DNA from: Octopus vulgaris
Taxonomy: Eukaryota
DNA length: 64,000 nt
Reading direction: 5' to 3'
NCBI GenBank assembly: GCA_951406725.2
Contig: OX597821.1
Coordinates: 7,874,001-7,938,000, forward strand
The notes beneath the pieces are model-generated. The model was not told the origin of the DNA, searched no databases, and saw only the letters and a list, made by a program, of their open reading frames with translations. The position numbers were made by a program, and so were the translations under genes. Below, in pieces: positions 1 through 14,384 of this stretch. Position 1 is the first letter of the stretch; each line of letters starts with the position of its first letter.

Positions 1-670
1 CAGTGGAGTTGAACCCTAAACCACATGGCTGCTAAACTAATTTCTTAACCATACAGCCATGCCTGCTTCATGCAGTGTAACTAATTTGAAAATGGACCAA
101 CAGGGCCTACAAGAAATAGTAGCCAAAATCCTTTCAAATCCCACTAAGGCATCCAGTTGTAGAAAATCTGCCTCAAAAAATTCCATCTGACTGATGAGGA
201 TGATACACACACACACACACACACACACACATTATATATACATATATTGTTGGACACCCTGCTGGATGAAAAATAACACCTGTCAAAGGGCAGAAGACCT
301 CATTAGCAGGCAACGGCCATCCAACAATATGTGTACATGTGTATGTATGCATCTCTCTAGGAGAGGGAAACTCAGACAGAAAACCTGCGACACTGACAAT
401 ATTTGATGATGTAAACTAGTTCTTCTTTAGAGTTTATTATATTGTCTGCATTCAGAGAGTGGGGTTGGATTTGTGCAAATTCTTTTCCCACTATAAAAAT
501 TCATCATGCACAGGTGTCGCTTGAAAAAGATAAAAGAAGACCTATCACAAAAATGGCTGGTCGTAGTCTTCGCATGTGTGGGACTTTCGACCAGGTGATG
601 GCAATACTTGAACATGAGTTTGAAGCCATCATTTATATATTATATACATTGCATATTATATATATATATG

Positions 671-719
<49 letters not shown>

Positions 720-720
<1 letters not shown>

Positions 721-965
721 TGTGCCCTTTTAAAACCTAGCCAGGCTCAGGGGCCCGGATTCCCGGTTCCAATGGCATATGTGTTCCCCAGCTGGACGGG
801 ACGCCAGTCCATCGCAGTGCTACTCACTTTTGCCAGCTGAGTTGACTGGAGCAATGTGAAGTGAAGTGTTTTGCTCAAGGACACAACGCGTTGCCCGGTC
901 CGGGAATCGAAACCACAATCTTACGATCATGATGCTGACATCCTAACCAGTAAGCCATGCATCTC
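720..965 (-). mobile_element. tRNA-derived SINE family D (gtgtccttgagcaa..cattgctccagtc.actcagctg)
   Basis: Related copies at ~31320-31580, 51000-51320, 53675-53930 and 57940-58270. Confidence 0.7.
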
Positions 966-1080
<115 letters not shown>

Positions 1081-1679
1081 TTATATATATGTATAATGTT
1101 GTTCATACTATCACACAATACATTCAATGGTTTAACACAGCCTTGACTTTTAATGCAATTACCATTCAGCTTTTCATGTGGCCTAACATGGACATAATGC
1201 ACAACTGTTATCCACTCTTGTCACGTAACACTATCTGGCCTAATACAGCTTATGAAAAGGTTAAGATTTTTCATGTTGTAAGTATTTTGGTATCTTTTAT
1301 CATCATCATCATCATTTAATGTGATGAGTAAGACAGAAGTGCCTGAGTGAAGTTGAAACGTGCCCAGCCAACTCCAAAGAACAAAGACCAAATCTAGAAG
1401 TGGTAAAAACTGTTGTTGCTGTTAGTTAAAACTCTTAAGCCTTTAGCATTCAGATTATTCTGTCAAATGTGATACTAATTTCACATTGTTTTGAATTTAC
1501 CATAGGTGTGGCTGTTTGGTAAGAAGCTTGCTTCCCAACCACATGGTTCCAGTTTCAGTCCCACTGCATGACACCATCTACTGTAGCCTCAGGCCAACCA
1601 AAGCCTTGTGCATGGATTTGGTAGACAGAAAATGAAAGAAGCCCAGCATGGAAAGCAGGCGTTAAATGATGATGATATA

Positions 1680-2147
<468 letters not shown>

Positions 2148-2158
2148 ATATATATATA

Positions 2159-2544
2159 CTAGCAGTATCGCCCGGCGTTGCTCGGATTTGTAAGGGAAAT
2201 AACTATAAAGGATTTTTTAGAGAGTTATAGCCAAAAAATAGCAAAAAAATGGGAAAAAAAAGATGGTAAATTTTTTTTTGATAGTTAAAAAGATCGAGTT
2301 GCGTCCCCATGACCATCTGTGGTTTGTATTTCTGATTGTCGACCCCATGTTGAATTTATCGATCTTTTTCAGAACTGGGGGAACTTTTCAAAATTTTCGC
2401 TGCGTTAGTTTTGAATTATGACATTGGGCTATGTGTGTGTCAAGTTTCATCAGAATCGGTTGAAAGCCGTGGTCAGGGTGAGGGTACAAGCAAACAGACA
2501 CACAGAAACACGCACAGACAAACTGCCGTTTATATATAGAGAGA
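2159..2544 (-). mobile_element. Non-autonomous Helitron
   Basis: 5' TC..CTATATATAAAC at ~2544; 3' GC-rich hairpin then CTAG (2159-2162); inserted in (TA)n. Confidence 0.8.
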
Positions 2545-3111
2545 TATATATATACGCACACATTTCAAAACGTAACAACATGTGAATTGTTGGCGATTTC
2601 CTTCCTCCATCTTCCTTTTCTATTGGACTTTCCTCTCTTTCTGAAGAAGTACTTTGCTCAAAACATTAAACCACCTGTCTTTCCTTCCCTGAGTGTCTGC
2701 TAATACTTTACATGTACCACGTCCTCATGTTGTTGTTTTTTTTGTTCTTCGTTTATTTGGATTTACTATATATATATATATATACAGTGCGGTAAGTAGC
2801 TTGCTTATGAACCAAATGGTTCTGGGTTCAGTCCCACTGTGGGGCAACTCGGGCAAGTGTCTTCTACTACAGCCTCAGGCCGACCAAAGCCTTATGAGTG
2901 GATTTGATAGATGGAAACTGAAAGAAGCCCATTGTATATATCAGACACAGGTTGTGTCTCGTTAACTAGCTGGAAAAGATGTTTGCCTGGGGTTAAACTG
3001 GAATAACATAGTTCTGTATAGAACAGCCACCTTATAGTGGCAAAAGATATTACTGTCAAGTATTGTTACTACTTATAACATCTCATCTAGAGATTATAGA
3101 ACTAGCTACTT

Positions 3112-3171
<60 letters not shown>

Positions 3172-3173
<2 letters not shown>

Positions 3174-3560
3174 TCTTTTACTTGTTTCAGTCATTTGACT
3201 GCGGCCATGCTGGAGCACCACCTTTAATCGAGCAACTCGATCCGGGACTTATTCTTTGTAAGACCAGTACTTATTCTATCGGTCTCTTTTGTCGAACCGC
3301 TAAGTGACGGGGACATAAACAGACCAGCATCGGTTGTCAAGCAATGCTAGGGGGACAAACACAAACACACAAACACACACATATATATATACATATATAT
3401 GGTGGGCTTCTTTCAGTTTCCGTCTACCAAATCCACTCACAAGGCTTTGGTCGGCCCAAGGCTATAATAGAAGACACTTGCCCAAGGTGCCACGCAGTGG
3501 GACTGAACCCGGAACCATGTGGTTGGTAAGCAAGCTACTTACCACACAGCCACTCCTGCT
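3172..3560 (-). mobile_element. tRNA-derived CORE-like SINE (family A)
   Basis: A/B-box-like head tggctgtgtggtaag..ggttcagtccc; gcaccttgggcaagtg core; internal (TA)/(TG); tail gactgaaacaagtaaaagag. Confidence 0.85.
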
Positions 3561-3565
3561 GTATA

Positions 3566-5663
3566 TCACTATATATAAAACTGAAATGCGTTTTTACCAC
3601 TTGGATCGCTTTCAATGCCACTACATCCCGTCCGATTCGCTCCAAAATTTACAGGGACATGTAGAATGAGGTGACGATGCCCATGGGCTACCTTAGAAAT
3701 CCCTATCTTCAAAGGTGTGGTTGCTAGGGGCCATCTTCCTCACTCAAGCTATTTCCTCCATTACCCTCTCACTTCCCTTCATGTATAACTTTGACAAGTC
3801 CACTACCGTTATTTAATGTATCTGTCACTCTCGCTATTTCCTCTCTTTTTCACTCACTCTGTTTCCTACCTTCCCATCAGTTCGGCGTTCTTTTATGTAT
3901 CTGTCTGTCACCAACAACACACGAGCATGAGAACAAATATTATGAATCAGATATTCTTGCGTTCATTTATATGTGTTTGTGTGTGTATGTTCTATATATA
4001 AATATGTATATATAATGTATGTGTGTGTGTGTGTGTTCTATATATAAATATGTATATATAATGTGTGTGTGTGTGTGTGTGTTCTATATATAAATATGTA
4101 TATATAATGTATGTGTGTGTGTGTGTTCTATATATAAATATGTATATATAATGTATATATACAAAGTGTATATATCTGTATTTATGTATATTAAACTTTT
4201 TCATAGTTATATATATTTTTAAACAAATTATAAATATAATTTAATAATTTTTATTTTCAATTTAAATAATTTAAATTTTTCAATTTTATATTTTATATAT
4301 TTTCTATATTATATTTTTTTAATGTTTTTGTTTTTGGTTTTTCACTGTTTGATTTGCCTATTAGCGGTTTTATCTCTAATTTAATTTATACAGATATATA
4401 TCTCATTTGTATACATTTGTATATATAATGTGCACACACACACACACACACACATATATATACACACATATATATATATATATATATAATGTGTGCATTA
4501 CGTAGTCGGTCGATTCAGCTGAAAATATGGACACCTATGTTAAAAGTGCTGGCAAGTTTGCATGACAACTATTTTTTTCCTCAAATGAAAGGCGTCACCT
4601 CTAGGACAAAATTCCTCATCTTATAAAATGTGGCCCCAGTAGACCCGAATGAAATCGGGTTATATTAACCAAAATGTGAAAAGGGGTCTAAATGGGGCTG
4701 GAATTGGATTAAAATTTCAAGGAGCGGGTGTTTAGGAATTCTCTGTTACATCAAGCTAAAAAATTTGCGCCAGCCTTTTAATCGTCAATGTGTTGCCGTC
4801 CATGATAAAGAAGTTTTGAATGCTTGCCATGGTGAGTCTACTGTCGTGAGAAAGAATCACTTCAAAACTTGGTGTTTACGAATTTTCTTTTACATCAAGT
4901 TCAAAATTTTACGCCAGCCGTTAAACTGTCAATACGTTGCTGTCCGTCGTTAAGAAATGCCAGCCATGGTGACTCTACTATCCTCAGATTCTATCCCTTC
5001 AAACTTTGGTTTCCAATATTTTATTATTTTTATTCAGCTCGCAAGTTCGTCTGTCCCTTTTAAATGTTAGCGTTTTGCTGTCTGCCTTGAAGCAGACCTT
5101 TCCGTTGCCACTGCCTGATATTTATGATTGATCTTTCTAAATATTTTATTTCTCAACTTACTCAAGATCTTCTGTTGTTTATAAATGGGAGATAGATAGA
5201 TAAAGATAGAGAGTAAGAGAAAACAAGGGAGAGTCCGAGAGAAAAGAAAAGTAAGAGAGTGGGAAAGTGAGAGAGAAATAAAGACGGAGAATCATCATCA
5301 TCGTTTCACGTCCGTTTTCTGTGCTAGCACGGGTTGGACAGTTTGACCGGGGTCTGGGAAGCCAGGAGGCTGCACCAGGCTCCAGTCTGATCTGGCAGTG
5401 TTTCTACAGGTGGATGACCTTCCTAACGCCAACGACTCTGTGAGTGTAGTGGGTGCTTTTTTCGTGCCGCCGGCACAGGTGCCAGGGGGGCTCGCAGTGG
5501 CAACGATCAGTTGGTGTATTTTACGTGCCACTGGCACAGAAGCAAGTCAAGGCGACGCTGCAATCGGCCACGTTCGGATGGTGCTTTTTACGTGCTGAAA
5601 GAAAGCAACAGAAAGTAACAACCACACTCTTACCCGTGCGTAGAGCGGGTCACCTTCAGCTAG
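3566..5663 (+). mobile_element. Non-autonomous Helitron with internal minisatellites and a nested SINE
   Basis: A|TCACTATATATAAAA start; ACCCG..CGGGT hairpin at 5632-5650, then CTAG at 5660-5663. Confidence 0.7.
5291..5596 (-). mobile_element. Family B retroposon
   Basis: Reverse copy nested in the Helitron. Confidence 0.8.
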
Positions 5664-5880
5664 TCTATATTATAACTGTGAAATGCAAAAAGTTTGTTTG
5701 CCTGGTTTTTGGCATTGAGAACGGGTTAAAGGCCACTAGATCCCGTTGGATTGACTCCAAAATTTACAGGGACATGTAAAATGAGGTGAGGATGCGAGTG
5801 GGTTAGGTTAGAAATCCTTATCTTAAAAGGTGTGGTTACTAGGGCCAAAAACGCACACTTTGGCAAGTCTACTCTCATTC
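5664..5880 (+). mobile_element. 5' portion of a second related Helitron; 3' end not located
   Basis: TCTATATTATAA start abutting the previous CTAG; shares ctccaaaatttacagggacatgta..atgaggtga and agaaatcc.tatct with 3640-3720. Confidence 0.65.
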
Positions 5881-6774
5881 TTTTATCTGCCTGTCTTCCT
5901 CCATCTCTCTCTCTCTTTCCTCCCTTGCTTTCACTTTCTCTCTATAACGTCGTTTGATAGCGTCTACTATCTTTCCTCTGCCGCCTTCATTATTTTTACG
6001 CTTTTTAAACCCTTCATCGTTATTCTCATTCACTAATTATTACTTTCTCTCGCTATCTATATATAGAAAGATTCTCATGATTGTGTGGTGGTGGCGATGA
6101 TAATTCTCTCTATGAATGCAGAGAGAGAGAGCGAGAGAGAGAGAGTGACAGCGCTTATAAAAGGACGAAGGAGTTATTAGTGTGATGCACCCTAGTGCCT
6201 TAAACACAATAATATACCCCTGAAATGGCCATAGGGAATTTAGTAAATATGGTTTCCTCTTTTTGACTATAAGGCCTCTCTTATTCGATAAGTAATTTTA
6301 TAAGATTTTCTAAACGATGAACCTTTATTTTATATTATATATTTTTATATGCTTCCTATATTTATATTTTTTTCTATATATTTTTATATACCTATATATA
6401 TATATATATTACTTAATACTATATTTTTACATCTTACCTTCTAGGTGTTGTAATGTTTTTTTTTTTTAAATATATTTTTCTTAATCGCAAAAGTATTAAC
6501 TTTTAATTCACACATTTTTTCTTGCACTTTCTTATATGCTTGTACAGATGAATTATATTCCATCTTCCGTGATGTCTAAATGTATTTTCTATGATTAAAT
6601 GTTCAAGTTATGAAATCTTATGTGGGTAACCTTGCATTTGTTTGTTCTGTAACCTTAGTTTGATATATTTGTCTCTTTCAATTGAGCACTTCTATAGCAG
6701 TCCTATTAAACTTTTTGTTCCTGATAAGAAACAATCACTGTATTATTGATATATATATATATATAGAATATAAA

Positions 6775-6830
6775 GCAAAAAACAAACAACAAAACAAATA
6801 GATGGGGGGAAACTTTTCACATAATTTATT
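6775..6830 (-). promoter_or_regulatory. Candidate polyadenylation site (AATAAA plus GT/T-rich downstream element)
   Basis: Minus-strand AATAAA at 6830-6825, followed ~25 nt later by TTTGTTTTGTTGTTTGTTTTTTG. Confidence 0.4.
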
Positions 6831-8424
6831 ACCTTTTTAGAACAAAATCTTACATAAAAATATCAATCACAGACATGCTGATATTTCTGTACAAGTGTAT
6901 CTTGGTCTACAGCTGCTGCAGTATCAGTATCGGTGAGGATAGACAGAGAGATGCTTGGAATCAGCAGCTTCATTCATTGTTTCTACCAGCCTTCTTTCAA
7001 TCGCAGACCAAAGTCAGTGTATACCAACATCATATCATACACAATGGAAACATACATACACACTTACATGCACACACACACACACACACACACACAGACG
7101 CTAGCTTTGATGGCAGACTTTGATATAATGTTTTTAATTTATTTTTTGTTTACATGTAAGTGCATCACAGCAAGTCAAGAAACAGCAGAAAATAACAAGA
7201 ATTGGCACTAAAAAAAAAAGAGCACCAATTAATAATAATAATAATAATAATGAATTAATGAGTAATAAATAATGATGATAATATTAATAAATGATTTCTT
7301 TATAATAATAATAATAATAATGATGAAAAAAATTGCTTTTACGAAGTGTCCTACTCTCTGTGGGAAGAGATTTCAAAAATAAATTTAAACATACTATTTT
7401 CTTTAAAAAAAAATTATAAATATATTTCAAGCAGTAAAGAAGGAAATAAACCGTGTTGACATTGATGATGATGATGATAATGACAGTGATGGCAAAATTG
7501 GTGACAATATTAATTCTAGTATAGGCACAAAACCTGAAATTATGGGAGAAAGGGCTGGTTGATTACATCAACCCCAGTGCTCAAATGGTATTTAATTTAA
7601 TTGACCAGAAAGGATAAAAGGCAAAGCTGATCTTGGCAGAATTTGAACTCAGAACATAAAACTGGAAGAAATGTCACAAAGTATTTTGTCCCGCATGCTA
7701 CCAACTCTGCCAGCTTGCTACCTTAATAATAATATTGTCTTTAATAAGAGCACAAAGCCTGAAATTTGGGGCAAGGGGAACAGCTGATTGCATCAACTCC
7801 AATACTTGACTGGTTCTTATTTTATCAATCACAAAAAAGAAAGCCAAGTTGACCTGGACAGGATTTGAACTCAGCATGTAAAATGTTGTAACTAAGTACA
7901 GCAAAGCATTTTGCCCAATGCTCTCATGATCCTACCAATCCACCATGATTGGATTATGATGATAATGATGGTTTCAAATTTTGGTACAAAGCCAGCAGGT
8001 TTGGGGGAAGGGCTAAGTCAATTAAATCAACCCCAGTGTACAACTGGTACTTATTTTATTGATCCTAGCACAATTTGAACTTGGAATGCAAAGACAGATG
8101 AAATGCTGCTTAGCATTTTGCCAGGCTTTGCTAACAAGTCTTCCAGCTCACTGCCTTACATGGTGGTGGTGGTGGTGGTGGTAATAGTAGTAGTAATGGT
8201 TTCTGATTTAGGTAAAAGGTCAACAATTTTGAGAGGAGGAAGTGAGGTTAGTTTGATTCCATTGACCCTAGTGCTTCTCTTTATCAACCCTGGCGTGATG
8301 AAAGGTAAGACTGGTATCAGAATTTGAACACAGAATGTAAAATACCAACATAAATACTGAAGAGTATTTTGTTTTGAAACTCTGAGTCTGTCAATACATT
8401 GCCTTTTAATAATAATAATAATAA

Positions 8425-8790
8425 TAACAAGAAGCACTCAGAGAGTGCAAACCTCTGCCAAGGCAACACCAATGTCCTCTCAACGATTAGCCAGAGATGA
8501 TTTTTAAAATGAGAATAACTGAAATGAACTTGACTGCTCTCACAAACGAGAATACTAAAAATGAACCTGACCGCTCTCAGAAATTAAGTAAAAAATCCAG
8601 AAAAATAATCTAGAATCCTTGTCCAGTACTGGATCAGTCCCAAAATTTAATCAGTTTGTGCCAGTCACGAGGCCAAACATCCCTGAAAGCTTCATCCAAA
8701 TCCATCCTGCAGTTCTTGAGATATCTTGTCCACGGACAAACAAACAAACAAACACGACTGAAAACAATACCTCCACCTAAGACGGAGATA
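8425..8790. mobile_element. Non-autonomous Helentron/HINE-like element
   Basis: Sub-terminal acctctgccaagg motif, (CAAA)n tract and terminal acctcc..ggaga hairpin; inserted in (TAA)n. Confidence 0.5.
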
Positions 8791-9227
8791 ATAATAATAA
8801 TAATGTTACAAATTCTGGTACATGGCCAGCAATTTTTGAGAGGACTGGGTTAATTGATGACATCCTAACCCTCACCCCCATATATGACTGGTATTTTATT
8901 GACTCAGAAAAAATGAAGGGCCAAGAGTGATCTTAGCAAGATTTGAACGTAGAACATTAAAGGAGCTAATGAACTAATGATAGTGATTATTTCTTTAACT
9001 TAAAAATAATAGCAATTTTAATAACAGAGGAGAGCAGTTATTAATTAAAACCAGTTTGTTCTGAATGGAAAATATCACTGACTCACAGAGTGTTACTGAT
9101 AAAGTTTTCGTAAGAAAAAAAAACATAGTAAAAGAGAATAAAAAATAACATTTCTACAACTTAGAATTAATTAATCTCCATAAAAACAATGTAATTAGAA
9201 AATACTTTATTAATACTTACTGAATTA

Positions 9228-9520
9228 ATATTATTATTATCCTTATTCTAACTATTAAAGGCTATTTTGGTTAGCAAGGATGCCATCTTGAGGTCTGGTA
9301 ACAAGTCTCCTTGAATCTCAAGAATATTTCTGAAGATTCTTGTAGAGAATAGAAGATTGACAATGTGAGTTTCAATTCTAATATGTCCTGCAGCCCTTTA
9401 GGTAGCAGTTTGTGTGCTGTGCCAAGTGCCCCAATTACCACAAGAATAGTTGTCATCTTGGCCTTCCACAATCTTGTCACCCCTCCATGGTTAGCTCCTG
9501 ATATTTTTCAATTTATTATT
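9228..9520 (-). mobile_element. Diverged R4/Dong-clade 3' fragment
   Basis: TRLWKAKMTTILVVIGALGT..LPKGLQ, homologous to the 54.6-kb fragment; flanked by (TTA)n. Confidence 0.7.
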
Positions 9521-9740
9521 ATTACCATCATATTTCAAATACTACTCAGGTCAATGAAATAAGTACCAGGGGTGATGTAATCAACTCGTCCACTCCCCAA
9601 CAATTTCAGGCATCGGCCAAGGTTGACTTTACCTTTCATCCTTTTGGGGTTATTAAATTAACCACCATTCAAATACTGGGGTTGATGTAATCACCTATCT
9701 CCCTCCCCAAATTCCAGGCCTTGTGCCTATAGTAGAAAGG

Positions 9741-9786
<46 letters not shown>

Positions 9787-10819
9787 GGGTGGAAGATTGG
9801 CAGAAATGATAGATGGTCAAATAAAATATCTTGCAATGTTTAGTTCTGGCTCTTTATAACCCAAGTTCAATTCTTGCCAGAGTCACCTTTACTTTTCATT
9901 CTTTCAGGGGCTTGATAAAATGAAAGTATCTATAAAATACAGGGATTAATGGCATTAACTAACTTCATTCCCTCAAGATTGGTACCTAAACAAGAGCGAT
10001 GAGATTGACAGAATCTTTACAGCACCTGACAAAATGCTGTGTAGTATTTGCTCTTAGTTGAAATCCCATTAAGGTCAACTGTTGCCTTTCGTCTCCCGGG
10101 GCTCAATGACAAAGTACCAGTCAAGTACTGAGGACAACTTACCCCTACCCTCAAAATTGCCAGCCTTGAGCCAAAATGAGAATGAATTATGTTATCATTA
10201 TCCTTATTGTCATTGTTGTTGTTGTTATTATCTTGGCAGAATCATTAGCATGATGTAAAAAATGCTTAGCAACCTTTCGTCCACTTTATGTTCTGAGTTC
10301 AAATTCTGCCGAGGATGACTTTGCCTTTCAACCTCTCAGGGGTCGATAAAATAAGTACCAGGGTTAATGTAATCAACTTACCCTCTCCCCCAAAATTTGA
10401 AATCATTATCATCATTATTATTATTATTATTAAGGTGGTAAGCTAGCAAAGGCTCTTAGCGTGCAGGATGAAATGCTTAGCAGTATTTTGCCCATCACTA
10501 CGTTCTGAGTTCAAATTCCGCCAAGGTTGACTGTCTTTCATCCTTTCGGGGTCGATAAATTAAGTAACAGCGAAACACTGGGGGTCGATGTAATTGACTA
10601 GTCCCCTCCCACCAAATTTCAGGCCTTGTGCCTTTAGTAGAAAGGATTATTATTATTATAGTTCAACAAGTTTATGTTAGATTACTCAAACAGTGCATTT
10701 TTTAAGGAAATAACCATGATAAAGAAATAATAAGAGGGTTGATGAGAGAAATATGTGTTAATGTATGACAAATAGCTAACAATGTGTTTTTCTAACAATC
10801 ATTAGCATTTCTACCTTAA

Positions 10820-11043
10820 CCCTTTCATTACCACCCCGGCCAAAATCGGCTGAAACTGGCTCTGAGTACAAATGTCTTGTTTTCATAAGTTTTGAATTAA
10901 AATCTTCCACCAAACCTTAGTCACAATTTATGTTCCTAACACTAGTTTAATGATAACTAAGTTATTTTACTAAATTCTTTGTTATATTTAAAGTAATTGA
11001 AAGAAACACAGAACATCTCAAAATAAATACAGTAACGAAAGGG
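10820..11043. mobile_element. piggyBac-type MITE
   Basis: TTAA TSDs; TIRs ccctttcattac / gtaacgaaaggg; closely related copy at 51492-51712. Confidence 0.88.
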
Positions 11044-11977
11044 TTAATAAAACTACTCTGATCTTCAGGCTTCAATTATAAAATGTACACCAGCTGATAC
11101 AACCTGGGCCAGAGAAGATTTCTTGATTTGTTAGAATAAGCAGCTACATTTGTCTCAAATCACACACTGCTTGTCTACAAAGCAAAAAAGTCACACTGGG
11201 AAATGTAGCCCTTGGTACACAGTGTCTGAAAAATAAAAGACTGCCATAGCTCATATTTCATAGAAGTACTCAACTAAGGTTGACCCAGGGTCAAAAAACA
11301 ACAGCTGTTCTTTAGTTTGTTTTAACCGTTGAAGCTGGCCAGCTGGAGCAACACCACAATTTAAAATTAATTAATGAGCATTTGTAATAATTATATCAGT
11401 TTTATTTTAATATGAACATGTTGTATCTCTTTTTTTTCGTTTTTTTTCTAAACTGTTTCCAGTTGTAAAATGTGACACAGTAGCTAAAAATAGCCTCAGC
11501 ACAAACGACTCGTTACTCTACACAGACTAATTAATGCTCCTGAAAACGAATAAAGAAAAAAAAAAAAAAAAGGACGTTTTTCTTTGAGGAAGAAGACTTT
11601 ACAGCTTGGCAGATATTTCCAAGGAAGTTCTTCATACCTTCTCAGGTAATTTAAATTAAGTCTCTCTCTCTCTCTCTCTTTCACACACACTCACACACAT
11701 AAGATAATACTCAAAATTAAATAAAAATGGAAACAAACCCTCCAGATAATTTAGGAATGTATTTTAAGAAGAAACATTTAGATTAGCATTGAAATCAAAC
11801 AATATAGAAATAAATAAAGTTGCCAATTTCCTTTAGATCAAAGAAGAGGAGGAGTAGAAGAAGAGGAAGTCCTGCTTTTGTATATTGCATTAAGTAGGTG
11901 TATATCTGAAGAACTATAATAAACAGTTTATGCTGTTGTGTGTGGGCGCATATAATAATAATAAATAAATAAATAAA

Positions 11978-12015
<38 letters not shown>

Positions 12016-12609
12016 AGCATAGTTGTGAGGTTAAGAAGTTTGCTTTGTAACCACTGGGCTTCTGGTTCAGTCCCACTTGGGTAAATGTTTTCTGATACCA
12101 GATTCAACCAGTGTTTATGTCCCCTGTAACTTAGCAGTTTGGCAAAAGAGATCAATAAAATAAATAACATGCTTTAAAAAAAATAATAATTTGGGGGTTA
12201 TTTTGTTTGAGAAATTCTTTCCAGGTGGCGCCCCAGCATGGCAGCAGTCCAATCACTAAAGCAAGTAAAATTTAAACGATAAAAAAAAAATATTATTTAA
12301 CACTATGTAATATTATAATTAAGCCAATCAGCCTGGTCCTTTAAACCAATGTTTCTCACAAAGGAAAGTTCCCCCTAGAAGTGTGTTTGTGAGGGATCCT
12401 AGTGAAGAAAAAAGTAGAATTACATGGATGTAAACTTTTTGGTTTTCTCATTAATAAAGGGATGAGGTGGAGGAGAGGGAAAATATACTTTTTGTTTGTT
12501 TCTTTTTGGAGATGTGGATGAGAGTAGTATTTGGTAGTCATCCTTAATACGAATACAGACTGGCTTTGGAAGAACACCTGGTTAACTAGGTTTCTTTTGT
12601 TCACAAAAG

Positions 12610-13950
12610 AAGTTGGTTTCAAATTTTGCCACAAGGGCAGCAATTTTGGGGGATATGATGAGTCAATTACATCGACCCGAGTGTTCAGCTGGTACCTATT
12701 TTGTCATCTCCGAAAGGATGAAAGGCAAAGTTGACTTCAGGACTCAGAAATAATAATTCTTTCTACTATACGCACAAAGCCTGAAATTTCAGGAATAGGT
12801 GGGGGTGAGTAAATTATATCGACACTTGTGCTCCACTGGCACTTATTTTATCGACCGTGTCGATATTTGAACTCAGACTGGTGGACAAAATGCCAGTAAG
12901 CATTTTTTCCGGAGCAATAGTGATTTTGCTGGCTCACCGCCTTAATACAATAATAATAATAATCTTTTTCACTAAAGGCACAAGGCCTGAAATTTTGGGG
13001 GAGTGGACTAGTCAACCCCAGAAGGGGTCGACCTCGGCAGAATTTGAACTCAGAATGTACCAACAAATGAAATACTGCTAAGCATTTTGCCCAGCATTCT
13101 AACATTACTGCAAGCTTACCACCTGAACACAATAATAATAATGATGTTGATGATATTTTATTTTTTTAATTATTATTATTATTATTATTATTATTCTGAG
13201 TTCAAAATTCCACCGAGGTTGACTTTGTCTTTCAGCCTTTTGGGGTTGATAAAATAAGTACCAGTTGAGTACTGGGGTTTGATACAATTGATTTAACCTC
13301 TCCTCCAAAATTTGCGCCTATAGTAGAAAGGCTTAGCGGTATTTCATCTACCATTACGTACTGAGTTCAAATTCTACCGAGGTCAACTTTGCCTTTCATC
13401 CTTTTGGGGATGATAAAATTAGTACCAGTTATGCACTGGGGTCAATGTAATCGACTCATTCCCTTCCCCCAAATTTGAGGCCTTATGGCTTCCAGTAGAA
13501 AGGATTATTATTATCATCATTATTTATACTTTAGGTACAAGGACCGAAATTTGGGAGTAGTTGATTACATTGACCTCAGTACATGATTGGTACTTTATTT
13601 TATTCACCTTGAAAGTATGAAAGGCAAAGTCAACCTCGATATAATATGAGCACAGTATGTAAAAAACCAGAAGAAAAGTTGCAAAGCATTTTGACCGATG
13701 TTCTAACAATTCTGCCAGCTCATTGCAATAATAAAAAGGATTTAAAATTTTGGCACAAGGCCAGCAATTTCATAGGAGGGGTTAAGTCAATTACATTGAC
13801 CCCAGTATTCAACTGGTACTTATTTAACTGACCCTGAGAGGATGAAAGGCCAAGTCGACCAAGGTAGAATTTGAACTCAGGACATAAAGACGGATGAAAT
13901 GCTGCTAAGCATTTTGTCTGGCGTGCTAACGATTCTGCCACCTTAAATAA
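12610..13950. mobile_element. Second cluster of family C SINEs in alternating orientation
   Basis: Same diagnostic motif; minus, plus, minus blocks. Confidence 0.8.
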
Positions 13951-14384
13951 TAATAACAATAAGACATTTAAAGAAAAGAAGTTTTTAGGGTTATGTGAAA
14001 GGAGGAAGAGCACAGATCATGAATTAAGGTGGGGTGTTGGTTGAGGTGACTCTGGTGGTGTGCTGTGGCAAAGAGAGAAGGAAGAAAGCACAACACATGT
14101 AGGAAGCAGTATAATTCAGACATGGCTTGAATACTGACAATGGAATAGACTGTGGTTGAGACATCCATGGGCCTGATGATAGTGATGGTGGTGGTGGTGG
14201 TGGTGGTGTGGAAATTGGATTAGATCAATCCTAGGAATTGGATTAGATCAATCATCCAAGAATAACAGTTATTGCAGTGCTAATTGTGGTTGGTGTCAAC
14301 ATGGTCAGTGTTAAACATAGATAATTAAGAAAATATTAATTATGCTACATTTAAGTGCAAGAATGAGTGCAAAAGCTTATCAAT

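Larger units (their letters stand above)
7505..10660. mobile_element. Cluster of about 10 Meta-domain-like tRNA SINEs (family C) separated by (TAA)n/(TTA)n
   Basis: Recurrent gagttcaaattc.gcc.agg.gactttgcctttcatcctttcggggtcgataaa.taagtaccag; minus copies 7.5-9.0 kb, plus copies 9.55-10.66 kb. Confidence 0.8.
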
